Shown in pieces: positions 21,112-32,686 of a stretch of DNA of 64,000 nucleotides. Below the pieces are notes generated by a model, which saw only the letters and a program-made list of their open reading frames with translations, made no database searches and had not been told where the DNA came from. A program made the translations under genes and the position numbers. Each line of letters begins with the position of its first letter. Positions within the stretch are counted from its first letter, which is position 1. The DNA is from an uncultured Flavobacteriales bacterium (GTDB taxonomy: Bacteria; Bacteroidota; Bacteroidia; Flavobacteriales_E; Vicingaceae), in the NCBI GenBank assembly GCA_963716125.1, contig OY970294.1, positions 3,585,396 to 3,649,395 on the forward strand. Direction: 5' to 3'.

Positions 21112-22031
21112 GAGTATTAATAACGGGTGGCGCAGGCTATATAGGCACAGAATTGATTTATCAACTAGATGAAAATCATAAGATTAAAGAGATTATTATC
21201 TATGACAATTTATCAAGAGATAATCGAAATTTATTTATTGGGATTCAAAAAGCTTCCTCTAAAGTAAGATTTATTCTAGGAGACCTTTTAGATTCTAGAA
21301 AACTAAAAAAAGCACTTGATAAGATTGATATCGTATATCATTTGGCAGCTAAAGTAAGCACCCCATTTTCAGATCAAAGATCTCACGAATTTGAACAAGT
21401 AAATAATTGGGGAACTGCAGAATTAGTTTATGCTATTGAAGAGAATTCGACAGTAAAAAAATTAATTTATTTGAGTAGTGCTTCCGTTTATGGTGCTTCT
21501 AATGAAATGATGGATTTAAATAGTATTCCAAATCCACAAACTTTTTATGGAATTACCAAACTCAGAGGTGAAGCTCATATTAATCGATTATCAGAAAAAA
21601 TAGAAATTTTTATTTTAAGGTGTGCAAACGTTTATGGATATAGCAAAAGTATGCGATTTGATGCTGTTATCAATAAATTTATGTTTGAGGCCAACTTCAA
21701 TAAAAAAATAAGTATTCATGGTGATGGAATGCAATATCGTGCATTTATTCATATTGATAAAGTAGCTGAAGCATTGTCAAACATCCTATTTTCTAATCTA
21801 AAATCAGGAGTTTATCATTTATCAGAAAATAATTTAAATGTAATGGATATAGTTGATGAAATCAAACAGATTTGTCCTGAGATGGAAATGCTATTTGTTA
21901 ACCAACATCTTAAACTAAAAGAAATTAGAGTTAACCCAGATGAAAGAATTAATCAATTATTTTCATCCAAATTAACTCTAAAAGAAGAACTTATTAATTT
22001 CAAAAATTCTTTTACTTTTTATACCGATTAA
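21108..22031 (+). CDS. NAD-dependent epimerase/dehydratase (extended SDR) family protein
   Basis: N-terminal Rossmann motif MRVLITGGAGYIGTEL. The start overlaps the cysH stop (ATGA). Confidence 0.7.
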   Translation: MRVLITGGAGYIGTELIYQLDENHKIKEIIIYDNLSRDNRNLFIGIQKASSKVRFILGDLLDSRKLKKALDKIDIVYHLAAKVSTPFSDQRSHEFEQVNNWGTAELVYAIEENSTVKKLIYLSSASVYGASNEMMDLNSIPNPQTFYGITKLRGEAHINRLSEKIEIFILRCANVYGYSKSMRFDAVINKFMFEANFNKKISIHGDGMQYRAFIHIDKVAEALSNILFSNLKSGVYHLSENNLNVMDIVDEIKQICPEMEMLFVNQHLKLKEIRVNPDERINQLFSSKLTLKEELINFKNSFTFYTD

Positions 22032-22169
22032 ATGACTATACGATTTGAAATAGCGAAAAAGTAAATTAAACTTATTATATCTAACAGTTCAATAATTAGT
22101 CGGCATTAACCAATTATGCCTCTTAAAATGACTGAGACTATAAAAACAATATTTAAAAGGCTAATTGGT

Positions 22170-23201
22170 TTAAGAAGTATAAGCCCGAACAAAATCTGCC
22201 AATTGTTTTACGTTTTCTTCAGGAGTACCAGGTAAAATGCCATGACCCAAATTAAAAATATGTCCATTTCTGCCATCCACACTATCTAAAATTGCTTTCG
22301 TTCTTTTTTCAATTAAAGGCCATTCAGCAAATAATAAAGTTGGGTCTAGATTTCCTTGAACAGCCACTTGATAATCTAAATCTTTCCAAGCAGTATTTAT
22401 ATCCGTTTTCCAATCAATTCCTAAAACATCAGGATTACTTTTTTTGAAATCTTGCAATAAATGAGCAGTATTAGTTCCGAATAAAATGATAGGTGCATCC
22501 GTTTTTTCCTTCAACATTTGAATCATTTTCTCAGTGTGAGGAGCTACGTATTCTCTGTAATCCTGAACAGATAATATACCTACCCAACTATCGAATATTT
22601 GTAATGCCGCAGCACCGCTTTCAGCTTGAAAAAGTAAATAATCGGTCATAGCAATAGTTAATTTATCCATTAACAAATGCCAATTTTCAGGTTGATTATA
22701 CATCAAAGCTTTCAACTTCGCATAACTTTTTGAAGGGCCACCTTCAATCATATAACTCGCTAACGTAAATGGTGCTCCTACAAATCCTAAACAAGGAATA
22801 TTCAATCCTTTTTTCAAAATACCCAATGCATCACCAGTATATTTTAAATCTAAAGCTGGATCAATGATTTTTAGTCGATCTATATCTGCCTTGGTTGCGA
22901 TAGGATTATGAATAACAGGCCCAACTCCTGAAACATATTCAAAATTAATTCCCATTGGCTCCAATGGAATCATAATATCTGAAAAAACAATAGCGGCATC
23001 TAAAGCAAACTGATTGACAGGTGTAAATGTAACCTCAGCACACACTTCAGGAATTTTACAAATATCTATAATACTGTATTTTTTCTTAGTTTCTCTATAA
23101 GTAGCTTGATATCTACCTGCTTGACGCATAAACCAAACTGGTGTGTGGCTTACTTCTTCTTTGCGGCACGCCTTTAAAAATGTATCGTTAAATGGTGTCA
23201 T
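22170..23201 (-). CDS. hemE: uroporphyrinogen decarboxylase
   Basis: Signature PVWFMRQAGRY and overall URO-D length. Confidence 0.9.
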   Translation of the reverse strand: MTPFNDTFLKACRKEEVSHTPVWFMRQAGRYQATYRETKKKYSIIDICKIPEVCAEVTFTPVNQFALDAAIVFSDIMIPLEPMGINFEYVSGVGPVIHNPIATKADIDRLKIIDPALDLKYTGDALGILKKGLNIPCLGFVGAPFTLASYMIEGGPSKSYAKLKALMYNQPENWHLLMDKLTIAMTDYLLFQAESGAAALQIFDSWVGILSVQDYREYVAPHTEKMIQMLKEKTDAPIILFGTNTAHLLQDFKKSNPDVLGIDWKTDINTAWKDLDYQVAVQGNLDPTLLFAEWPLIEKRTKAILDSVDGRNGHIFNLGHGILPGTPEENVKQLADFVRAYTS

Positions 23202-24520
23202 TATTTCTGTATTGATTTTATTGAAGCACGAATCGCTTCTTTTATTTTAATCATGTCATTATCGCTTAAAGTAGCAGGTAAAAACCAAGCTTCAAATTGA
23301 GATGGAGGAATATACATTCCATTCTCAGCCATAGCCCAAAAGAATTTTCCAAATAGTTTTGTATCCGATGTTTGAGCAGTTTTAAAATCAATCACTTTCT
23401 CTTTAGTGAAAAAAGGATTAATCATAGCTCCAAATCGATTTACTTGCACATTTACATTAAATTCTTTTCCAGCATCTAAGATACATTGTTCGATTTGGGC
23501 AGCTTCTTTCTCTAATTTCTCATAAGGATTAAGTTTCTTTAATTCTTTCAAAGTAGCTATTCCACAAGCCATAGCAATAGGATTTCCAGATAAAGTTCCC
23601 GCTTGATAAACAGGGCCCAGTGGAGCTACCATATTCATAATTTCATCTCTTGCTCCATAAGCTCCAACAGGCATTCCACCACCAATCACTTTACCTAAAC
23701 AAGTAATATCTGCTATAATATCAAAATGATCTTGAGCTCCACCAAATTTCTTTCTAAATCCAGTCATCACCTCATCAATCACTAAAAGAATTCCATTTTC
23801 TTTGGTGATTTTTCGAAGCTCAGTCATAAACTTTTGCTCTGGCACTACCACTCCCATATTTCCAGCCACAGGCTCAATAAAAATAGCCGCTATTTCGCTA
23901 GGAAATTTTTCAATTAACTCTTTAACACTATCAATATCATTATACAAAGCAACTAAAGTATCTTTAACAGCGGCTGCAGGTACACCTTCACTACCAGGCA
24001 AACCTAAAGTAACTAAACCAGAACCGGCTGCTACTAATAATGAATCTGAATGACCATGATAACAACCAGCGAATTTTACAATTTTATTCCTTTTAGTAAA
24101 TGCTCTAGCTAAACGAATAGCGCTAAATACCGCTTCAGTTCCTGAATTAACAAATCTTACTTTATCAATAGAAGGAAAAATTTCAGCCACCATTTCTGAT
24201 AATATTATTTCGCCTTCCGTAGATGCTCCAAAAGTAAAACCGTTGTCCACAGCTTCCTTTACTGCATTTTTTACAGCTTCATTTCCGTGACCTAAGATGA
24301 TTGGACCATAAGAACCAACTAAATCAATGTATTCATTTCCATCTACATCGTATATTTTTGTTCCTTCTGCTCTTTCTATAAATAGTGGGTTTCCTCCTAC
24401 TGAATTAAATGCCCTTACAGGACTATTAACTGCACCCACAAGATGCTTTTGTCCTCTTTCAAAAAGTTTTTTAGATTGTTCTAGCTTCATCTTTTCGTAA
24501 TTTTTTGCAAACTTAGGCAA
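23201..24520 (-). CDS. hemL: glutamate-1-semialdehyde 2,1-aminomutase
   Basis: Class III aminotransferase pattern with PLP-lysine context (ITCLGKVIGGGMPVGA). Confidence 0.9.
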   Translation of the reverse strand: MPKFAKNYEKMKLEQSKKLFERGQKHLVGAVNSPVRAFNSVGGNPLFIERAEGTKIYDVDGNEYIDLVGSYGPIILGHGNEAVKNAVKEAVDNGFTFGASTEGEIILSEMVAEIFPSIDKVRFVNSGTEAVFSAIRLARAFTKRNKIVKFAGCYHGHSDSLLVAAGSGLVTLGLPGSEGVPAAAVKDTLVALYNDIDSVKELIEKFPSEIAAIFIEPVAGNMGVVVPEQKFMTELRKITKENGILLVIDEVMTGFRKKFGGAQDHFDIIADITCLGKVIGGGMPVGAYGARDEIMNMVAPLGPVYQAGTLSGNPIAMACGIATLKELKKLNPYEKLEKEAAQIEQCILDAGKEFNVNVQVNRFGAMINPFFTKEKVIDFKTAQTSDTKLFGKFFWAMAENGMYIPPSQFEAWFLPATLSDNDMIKIKEAIRASIKSIQK

Positions 24521-24531
24521 TTACTAGATTC

Positions 24532-25497
24532 TTATGCTTTGTTTAAAATCCTTGCTGCTTCTTTTGCATGGTAAGTGATGATAATATCGGCACCAGCTCT
24601 TTTGATAGAAATCAATTTTTCCATCATTACTTTTTCTCCATCGATCCATCCATTTTTTCCAGCTGCTTTTATCATTGCATATTCTCCACTTACATTATAA
24701 GCTGCAATGGGCACATCAAAATTATTTTTTAGGTCTCTGATAATATCTAAATAAGATAAAGCCGGTTTAACCATAATAATATCAGCACCTTCTTCCACAT
24801 CTAATGCTGCTTCTCTAATTGCTTCATTTCTATTGGCAGGATCCATTTGGTAAGTTCTTCTATCTCCAAACGAAGGCGTTGAATCGGCAGCATCTCTAAA
24901 AGGACCATAAAATGCAGATGCATATTTTACTGAATAACCCATAATTGGAATATTCGTAAATCCATTTTCGTCCAACTCATCCCTTAATGAAGCAACTGTG
25001 CCATCCATCATACCAGATGGCGCTACCATATCTACTCCGGCTCTAGCATGCGCTAACACTTGTTTATTTAAATTCAATAAAGTTGCATCGTTATCTACAT
25101 CATTATTATGAATAATTCCACAATGTCCATGATTGGTATATTCACAAAAACAAATATCAGAAACGACATATAATTGTGGATAATTCTTTTTTATAAAACG
25201 GATAGCCTGAGGTATAATTCCATTTTCATTCATAGCCTCAGAACCAATTTCATCCTTTTTTAAAGGAATGGCAAATAAAATAACCGATTGAATTCCCAAT
25301 GCTACCACCTCATCTAATTCTTCAGAAATTTTATCCAATGAATAACGAAAAATGCCAGGCATTGATTCAATTTCCTTCTTGATTCCGCTTTTTTCTTCAA
25401 TAAAAAGGGGATAAATTAAATCATTGACAGAAAGCGAAGTTTCTCTCACCATATTTCTAAGTGCTATATTTCCTCTTAATCTTCTTGGTCTAATCAT
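24532..25497 (-). CDS. hemB: porphobilinogen synthase (delta-aminolevulinate dehydratase)
   Basis: The N-terminus [10 protein letters not shown]…, the active-site region (VAPSGMMDG) and the length match ALAD. Confidence 0.9.
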   Translation of the reverse strand: MIRPRRLRGNIALRNMVRETSLSVNDLIYPLFIEEKSGIKKEIESMPGIFRYSLDKISEELDEVVALGIQSVILFAIPLKKDEIGSEAMNENGIIPQAIRFIKKNYPQLYVVSDICFCEYTNHGHCGIIHNNDVDNDATLLNLNKQVLAHARAGVDMVAPSGMMDGTVASLRDELDENGFTNIPIMGYSVKYASAFYGPFRDAADSTPSFGDRRTYQMDPANRNEAIREAALDVEEGADIIMVKPALSYLDIIRDLKNNFDVPIAAYNVSGEYAMIKAAGKNGWIDGEKVMMEKLISIKRAGADIIITYHAKEAARILNKA

Positions 25498-26260
25498 TTT
25501 GATAAAATTTTAATAATTCTTTTAGCATCCCGTCCTCTGTAAATGGTTTTGCTACTAAATTAATTTTCAAGCCATTATCAACAGCTATTTTCTCAGTAGA
25601 AGTTCCAATTACCGCAATTTTTTCATTGGTTAACTCTAAATTATATTTAGATAAATGCTGACAAAAATTCTCCACAGCTGATCCACTAAAAAATGTAATC
25701 CAATCCAATTGATGCTCTAAAATTGCTATAAAGTCTTCTTTACTATATTGAGGATCATAATTTTCATATATAGGCAACGTGATCACCTCTTTGCATTGTT
25801 CACTTAACAAATTTACGTATTCATTATTTGCTTTTGATGATTGAGGAATTAGAATTCGTTCATCACCGAAAATAGGGATTTGTTTTGCCAACATTTGTGC
25901 TGTGTATTCAATTGGGACAAAACTGCTTCTATATCCTACTTTTTCTAATGCAGCTTTTGTTTTTTCTCCTACAGTCGCAATTCGCAAATGAGTTAAAAAA
26001 TGAACTTTTATTTGAAACTTTTCTATGGTTTCAAAAAAGTAATTGACAGTATTAGCACTTGTAAAAACAATCCAATCAATATTTTCTAATAGATTGAGCT
26101 CTTTTTCTATATTTTTTTGATTTTCAATAGCTCGAATAGCTATCATTGGAAAACTGATAGCCTCTGCTCCTTTATTCTCTAATAATTTAATGAATGAATC
26201 AGTCTGATGCTCGGCTCTAGTTATTAGAAGTTTTTTATTTTGAAGCGGATTCACTGACAA
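25490..26260 (-). CDS. hemD: uroporphyrinogen-III synthase
   Basis: HemD-like fold and length, and its position between hemC and hemB in the heme cluster. Confidence 0.7.
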   Translation of the reverse strand: MSVNPLQNKKLLITRAEHQTDSFIKLLENKGAEAISFPMIAIRAIENQKNIEKELNLLENIDWIVFTSANTVNYFFETIEKFQIKVHFLTHLRIATVGEKTKAALEKVGYRSSFVPIEYTAQMLAKQIPIFGDERILIPQSSKANNEYVNLLSEQCKEVITLPIYENYDPQYSKEDFIAILEHQLDWITFFSGSAVENFCQHLSKYNLELTNEKIAVIGTSTEKIAVDNGLKINLVAKPFTEDGMLKELLKFYQND

Positions 26261-28424
26261 CTTCTTTAGTTTTCTCTTCTAATTCTTTTTTCAATTCAAT
26301 AGCTAATTCTCTAGCGATTTTTAAGTAATCCTTTGCTAAACCTTCTTTAAAGCTATTACAAACAAGACTTCCATCATCAGAAGCGAACATTCCTTCTATT
26401 AAAATTCTATCATTATCTACTTGAGCATAAGCAGCAATAGGATAATTACATCCTCCACCTAAAGCTATTAAAAATTCTCTTTCTGCAAATGTTGCTATTT
26501 GTGTAGCTTCATGATTATATTGTTTAACCAAATCCATTACAAAACCTTTCTCATCACGAATTTCTATTGCTAAAGCACCTTGAGCTACAGCAGGTAAAAC
26601 ATCTTTAGCAGGAAAAATATAATTTGCTTTATCTATCATTCCCAAACGATTGATGCCTGCATACGCTAATAAAATAGCATCATAGCCACCTTCCATCATC
26701 TTTTTGATTCTACTATCCAAGTTACCTTGTATAAATTTAGTTTCTATATCGGGTCTCAATTGCTTGAGTTGAATTTGTCGTCTTAAACTTCCAGTGCCAA
26801 TTACAGCTCCTTTCTTTAACTCCTCAAAAGTTTCTCCATTTCGTGAAATCAAAATATCACGAACATCTGCCCTTTCAGAAATTGCGGCTAATCTAAGTCC
26901 ACTTATATTTTCAATTGGCAAATCCTTAAAACTGTGTACTGCCATATCCACTTCTCCTTTCACCAATGCTCTTTGAATAGCAGTAGTAAATGCTCCCATT
27001 ACTTGTATATCTCCATCATCACCATTGGTTCTAATAACTTTAGTAATGAATTCATATTCAGGTTCAATTTTCTTTAATGCTTCTATTACATGATGAGTTT
27101 GTGTCAAAGCAAGTTTACTTCCTCTAGTACCAACAATCACTCGTTTTTTAGGAACACGAATCTTTGCATTTTCTAATCCAAATACTTTTTTAACGGTATT
27201 GATTGGATTGTCTTGTTCGTGCATTTTATTAGACATCTCATGAATTACTTCCATTGGTCGTTTAGAGATTTTACGAACCATGCGATGAGCAAATTTTTCT
27301 AATATTTCTATTTGAGTTGGATTCAAATCACCCATTTTAGGCAGTAACCAACTTAATTCTGTTTCTTTTATTTCTTGCAATGAATTCCAATAGGCTTCTA
27401 TCACTGGCGAAGCTTTTCTATTGTAATACCAATTAGTAAACTTTTGAACTTCTTCGTCTACCAATTCAGTAGCTTTAGGAATTTCATCATGTCTTTTAAG
27501 CAAACTCTCAAAAGTCATTTTTTTGATGTCATCCAAATCATAAAGAGTAATCCCTTCTACATTTTTTAAGCCAGGATTAAAGTTTCTTGGTAATCCAAAA
27601 TCAATTAATAATTTAGGTTCAGAAGCTTTAAAAGCAAACTGTGCTCTCGTACATTGGCTATCTGTTATCGCAGCTTCGCTCAATAAATTGACTTCTCCTT
27701 GAGTTCCACCAACCATTATATCTACCTGACCTACATATCTGTGTAAATATTTTATATCAATAGCTTCTCCATGCCACTCAGCTGCCATTTCAGTAGCTCG
27801 CTCTAAATTATGGCTAGCAACATATAATTTTTTGATTTTAGTTCTGTCTAAAATAGTAGCTACCAAATTAGCCATACTTCCTGTTCCCACTACTAATAGG
27901 GAACTATCTTCTAATTTATAGCCATGTTGCTCTATCAATTCAAACCCTACAGTAGCTAATGAAGCAGAATGTTTTCCAATATTAGTTTCTAACCTTACTC
28001 TTTTACCTGTATGAACGGCATGACGTATCATTTCGTCCAGCATAGGGCCAATAGTTTTGGTTTTTCTTGCTAAAGCTAAAGCTGATCTAATTTGACCAAC
28101 TATTTGATGCTCTCCAATAGCTTGTGATTCTAATCCTGCAGCAGTAGAAAATAAATTTCTAATAGCTATTTCAGTATCAGGTAAAACAGTGAGGTATTGA
28201 GAGAAATTTCCGAACTTTTTAAGGTAATTTTCTAATCCATAATAGTTGTCACCAAAGGCATATAAGGACAACCTATTACAAGTTGCAATTATGAAAACTT
28301 CCTTATATATTTTCTTGAGATCTTCCAGAGCTTGAATGGTCTGCTCATCGTTTAAGGCCATTTGCTCCCTAATTTCTATAGGTGCAAAACGGTGACTTAA
28401 CTCAATTCCAACTATTTTATTCAT
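26235..28424 (-). CDS. hemA/hemC: glutamyl-tRNA reductase (HemA) fused in frame with hydroxymethylbilane synthase (HemC)
   Basis: The N-terminal ~420 aa is HemA (…IIATCNRLSLY…, NAD-binding VVGTGSMANL). The C-terminal ~300 aa is porphobilinogen deaminase (…KRVIVGTRGSKLALTQT…). There is no stop codon or start between them, giving a single 729-aa ORF. Confidence 0.8.
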   Translation of the reverse strand: MNKIVGIELSHRFAPIEIREQMALNDEQTIQALEDLKKIYKEVFIIATCNRLSLYAFGDNYYGLENYLKKFGNFSQYLTVLPDTEIAIRNLFSTAAGLESQAIGEHQIVGQIRSALALARKTKTIGPMLDEMIRHAVHTGKRVRLETNIGKHSASLATVGFELIEQHGYKLEDSSLLVVGTGSMANLVATILDRTKIKKLYVASHNLERATEMAAEWHGEAIDIKYLHRYVGQVDIMVGGTQGEVNLLSEAAITDSQCTRAQFAFKASEPKLLIDFGLPRNFNPGLKNVEGITLYDLDDIKKMTFESLLKRHDEIPKATELVDEEVQKFTNWYYNRKASPVIEAYWNSLQEIKETELSWLLPKMGDLNPTQIEILEKFAHRMVRKISKRPMEVIHEMSNKMHEQDNPINTVKKVFGLENAKIRVPKKRVIVGTRGSKLALTQTHHVIEALKKIEPEYEFITKVIRTNGDDGDIQVMGAFTTAIQRALVKGEVDMAVHSFKDLPIENISGLRLAAISERADVRDILISRNGETFEELKKGAVIGTGSLRRQIQLKQLRPDIETKFIQGNLDSRIKKMMEGGYDAILLAYAGINRLGMIDKANYIFPAKDVLPAVAQGALAIEIRDEKGFVMDLVKQYNHEATQIATFAEREFLIALGGGCNYPIAAYAQVDNDRILIEGMFASDDGSLVCNSFKEGLAKDYLKIARELAIELKKELEEKTKEVVSESASK

Positions 28425-28743
28425 CTATCAATTCGCTCTTCAATGATGCGGCAAATTTAACCATAAGTTAAGAGATATGGAAAATAAATAACATTAAAAA
28501 AATAGTATAAAATCAATCTAAATAAGTTTTATTATTTGCATATAAAATCTATTCAATCTTTAACGAATTGTTGATAAAAAAAATGATTAAATTAAAGAAC
28601 ATTAATAAGCATCACTTATCGAATATAAAAAGACGAATGTTAATAAAACTTATGTCCTCATGTGCAATTGAGTTAAATGACTTACTACCTTGCAAAAGAA
28701 ATTTGGTATAGCCACCAATTAATACGAATACATAAACAACTCA

Positions 28744-31368
28744 TTGATAATGAAAGAAATTGCCAAAAAAGAAGCCATTGGCTTTAACACCACTTCGGAG
28801 ATGGAAACAACTGAAAAAAGAAATTCAAACAGGAAAACATACAGCTATGAAGAAGCTGTAAAGGGTGCTACTGAATACTTCAAAAATGATGAATTAGCAG
28901 CCAATGTTTGGATCAACAAATATGCTTTGAAAGATTCAGCTGGAAACATCTATGAAAACTCTCCAAATCAAATGCACGAGAAGATTAGCATCTGAAATAG
29001 CAAGAGTGGAGAAAAAATATCCGAACTCATATAGTTATGAAGAAATATTTGCAGTATTAAAAGACTTCAAATATATTGTTCCTCAAGGTGGCCCAATGAC
29101 AGGAATTGGCAATGATTTTCAAGTTGCTTCTTTATCAAATTGTTTTGTAATTGGCAATAAAGGAGTAGCAGATTCTTATGGTGGCGTAATGAAAATTGAT
29201 GAAGAACAGGTTCAATTAATGAAGAGACGTGGAGGAGTTGGCCATGATCTTTCTCATATTCGACCAAAAGGCAGTCCAGTAATGAATAGTGCATTGACCT
29301 CTACAGGTATTGTACCGTTTATGGAAAGATATTCTAATTCTACTAGAGAGGTGGCTCAAGATGGTAGAAGAGGTGCATTAATGCTTTCAGGTTTCAATAA
29401 AACATCCTGATGCAGAAGGATTTATTGACGCAAAAATGGATGGTACCAAAGTAACAGGCGCAAATGTATCTGTTAAGATTGATGATGAATTTATGCGTTC
29501 TGTAAAAGGAAACACAAAATACGAACAACAATATCCTATAGAATCAAAAGAACCTAACTTTCAAAAAAGAAATTGATGCAAAAAAGGTTTGGGATAAAAT
29601 CATTCACAATGCATGGAAATCTGCTGAGCCAGGTATTTTATTTTGGGATACAGTAATTAATGAATCTATTCCTGATTGTTATGCAGATTTAGGATTTAAA
29701 ACAATTTCTACCAATCCTTGCGGCGAAATTCCATTATGTCCTTATGATAGCTGTAGATTATTAGCCATTAACTTATTTAGTTATGTAGAAAATCCCTTTA
29801 CAGAAAATGCAAAATTTGATATGCCTCTATTTAAGAAGCATACCGAAATGGCACAAAGAATTATGGATGATATTGTTGATTTAGAAATGGAAAAAATCGA
29901 TGCTATCATCAAAAAAATAGAAGATGATCCAGAAGTTTTAGATGTGAAACGAACAGAATTAAACCTTTGGAAAAAAATTAAACAAAAATGTATTGAAGGT
30001 AGAAGAACCGGAGTTGGTATTACTGCTGAAGGTGATATGCTAGCAGCTTTAGGTTTAAGATATGGAACTGACGAAGCACTTAATTTCTCTGTGAAAGTTC
30101 ACAAAAACTTAGCGTTATCAGCTTATAGATCTTCTGTGGATATGGCTAGAGATAGAAATTCTTTTCCTATTTACGATTCTATTCGTGAAGAGAAAAACCC
30201 AATGATCAACGTATTAAAGATGCTGATCCTGCACTTGTATGAAGACATGACTAAATACGGTAGAAGAAATATTGCATTATTGACTATTGCTCCTACAGGT
30301 ACAACTTCTATTATGACGCAGACTACTTCAGGAATTGAGCCAGTATTTATGGTTTCTTACAAAAGAAGAAAAAAGGTAAATCCTAACGATAAAAATAGCA
30401 GAGTTGACTTTGTTGACGAAGTTGGTGATTCTTGGGAAGAGTACAATGTGTTTCACCACAATTTTAAAACTTGGATGGAAGCAAACGGTTACGACTTAAA
30501 TGAAGTAGCCACTATGACTCAAGATGAGTTGAACGCAATTATTGCTAAAAGTCCTTACTACAAAGCTACTGCCAATGATGTAGATTGGGTAAACAAAGTG
30601 AAAATGCAAGGAGCTGTTCAAAAATGGATTGATCACTCTATTAGTGTAACTGTAAATGTACCAAACGACTGCAAAGAAGAAATGGTAAGCCAAATTTACC
30701 TTACAGGATGGGAAAGTGGTTGTAAAGGAATTACTGTTTACAGAGATGGTTCAAGAAGTGGTGTTTTAATTGCTAATGATGACAATAATAAAGTAAACGA
30801 AGCTATTTCTTTCACAGAAACTCAAGCTCCAAAGCGTCCAAAAACATTGGAAGCTGAAATTGTAAAATTCAATAACAATGCTGAAAAGTGGATTGCGATT
30901 GTAGGTTTATTTGAAGGAAGACCTTATGAAATTTTTACAGGGAAAGCAGAAGATTCATTCTCTATACTTTCTCAAGTAGAAAAAGGATGGGTAATACGAA
31001 ACAGAACTGAAGACGGTAGAGCTAGATACGACTTTCAATACGAAGATAAAGATGGTTACAAAACTACCATTGAAGGTTTATCAAGAACATTTAACCAAGA
31101 ATATTGGAACTATGCTAAATTAATTTCAGGCGTATTGCGTCACGGAATGCCAATTGCTTTTGTAGTAGATATGGTTTCAAACTTACACTTGAGCGAAGAA
31201 AGCTTAAACACTTGGAAAAATGGCGTGGTAAGAGCATTAAAGAAATATGTTGCAGATGGCACCAAAGTGTCCGGTCAAATATGCCCAGGTTGTAACGAAG
31301 AAGAAGGATTAGTATTTAAAGAAGGCTGTATTACCTGCGAAAGCTGTGGATATAGCAAGTGCGGATAA
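28744..31368 (+). pseudogene. nrdJ: class II (adenosylcobalamin-dependent) ribonucleotide reductase NrdJ, interrupted by three frameshifts (near 28975, 29400 and 29573)
   Basis: Three consecutive ORFs in different frames (28744..28995, 28952..29410, an untracked stretch 29402..29575, and 29821..31368) together translate to one ~870-aa class II RNR (…RRGGVGHDLSHIRPKG…, …RRGALMLS|VSIKHPDAEGFI…, …TNPCGEIPLCPYDSC…). The third shift is an extra A in the A6 run (TTTCAAAAAAGAAATTGA). Confidence 0.8.
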
Positions 31369-31391
31369 AAATTTCTATTATACTTTTTTAA

Positions 31392-31432
31392 AAGAGCCTT
31401 TTTGATTGAATCAGGAAGGCTCTTTTTTGTGT
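31392..31432 (+). terminator. rho-independent terminator (AAGAGCCTT…AAGGCTCTTTTTTGTGTTTTTTTTT)
   Basis: 9-bp perfect stem followed by a long T-tract immediately after the nrdJ stop. Confidence 0.7.
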
Positions 31433-31471
31433 TTTTTTTTGATGAGGAAGGAGGGTTTTATATATCGAAGT

Positions 31472-32530
31472 TTATTTCCTTTCATCCATTCGCTTAAGAA
31501 TATAGTCCAAGATTTCTTGGTCTTTTTCTTTTGCCCAATGGTCTAAAATTAATAAGTAGGCAATTTCTGAATCGTTGTCAAACAGTTGATTCAAAGCCAA
31601 AAGCCTTTCTTTAGAATTTTTACTATTTAACGATTCATATGTTTCTAATAAATTAGCTGCTTTTGCTTTGGAAACTATATGGGGGTATTTTATTTCGTCT
31701 ACAATTACAGCATTAATACTAAAAAGTTGCAACAAACCTTTTGATTGAGTCATTTTAACCTCTATCGAATCACTTAATTTTTCTTTTCCAATTAGATACA
31801 AGTCTATCGATGAATAATTACCTATAGCATTAATAACAATGCTTTGTAATGAAGGGATGATTATTCTTTCTTTATATTTTCTGCCAATTTCAGTATGAAT
31901 TTTAATAATAGAGTCAGGTTTTGGATTATACCAACATTTAATTTTCAATTTGATATCTTCACCGTCTTTTGAGAGTATAGATAAACTTATCAATTGTTCC
32001 TCTTGTCTGATGTTATATGTAATCAATGAATCGTGAGGAGGAATAATATGTGTTCCCTCTTTGTAAAGACTGTCTGTAGATATTTTATTGAGAAAGATAT
32101 TATAAAGAATTCCAATTTCACCAGGTGCTATAATTGCAACTTTTGATAATTTACCTAATTCACTTTGAGATGAAAAATAGTCAAGAATTCGATATATATT
32201 GTCTGTATATTCTTGGTCAGAGATATTTTTTTCTTTCAGAGATGTTTTCATTGAGTATTCAATAAACTGTTCACAGGTTCCTCCAAATTCTTTTAAAAAT
32301 TCAATTTGGTTTTGGGCTGTGGAAAATAGTCTTGATAGTTCTTCTTTAAAAAATAATTTATTCTTTTTGGATAAACATTTTCTTAAAGATTTATCAGCCT
32401 TATTTTCTGGAATTTGATTTAAATCTTTGTAACAATCACAATATTCATTAGATAATCGGTTCACATTGATTTGACCAATTGATAAAAATGGTAAAGTCAA
32501 AAATATTGTAAAAATTAATTGTCTTTTCAT
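31472..32530 (-). CDS. secreted hypothetical protein
   Basis: 352-aa ORF with an N-terminal signal peptide (MKRQLIFTIFLTLPFLSIGQ). No family recognised. Confidence 0.5.
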   Translation of the reverse strand: MKRQLIFTIFLTLPFLSIGQINVNRLSNEYCDCYKDLNQIPENKADKSLRKCLSKKNKLFFKEELSRLFSTAQNQIEFLKEFGGTCEQFIEYSMKTSLKEKNISDQEYTDNIYRILDYFSSQSELGKLSKVAIIAPGEIGILYNIFLNKISTDSLYKEGTHIIPPHDSLITYNIRQEEQLISLSILSKDGEDIKLKIKCWYNPKPDSIIKIHTEIGRKYKERIIIPSLQSIVINAIGNYSSIDLYLIGKEKLSDSIEVKMTQSKGLLQLFSINAVIVDEIKYPHIVSKAKAANLLETYESLNSKNSKERLLALNQLFDNDSEIAYLLILDHWAKEKDQEILDYILKRMDERK

Positions 32531-32544
32531 TTTCTATAATTGCA

Positions 32545-32608
32545 CCTCTTTGTTCCCGCACGATTGCATCGCGTGTTTAAATTCAAAAAACAATTTAGAT
32601 AAATTTAT
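32545..32608 (+). repeat. REP-like element copy A: hairpin CGCACGAT-TGC-ATCGCGTG plus ~40 bp conserved flank (…GTGTTTAAATTCAAAAAACAATTTAGATAAATTT)
   Basis: About 65 bp nearly identical to copy B at 35586..35648, in the same orientation. The core palindrome is shared with copy C (inverted) next to the RAYT gene. Confidence 0.7.
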
Positions 32609-32686
32609 TCTACAATTTTTATAAATCTGTCTTTATTTTCAATTTAATAATTGAAGAAATTATTAAGCATTTTAAACGTACAAAGC

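Noticed and set aside
28425-28743. Possible cobalamin riboswitch or NrdR box in the 320-bp leader of nrdJ
   Set aside because: No recognisable B12-box (…GCCACTG…) or NrdR palindromes were seen. Class II RNR needs B12 as a cofactor, so B12 repression would be unexpected.
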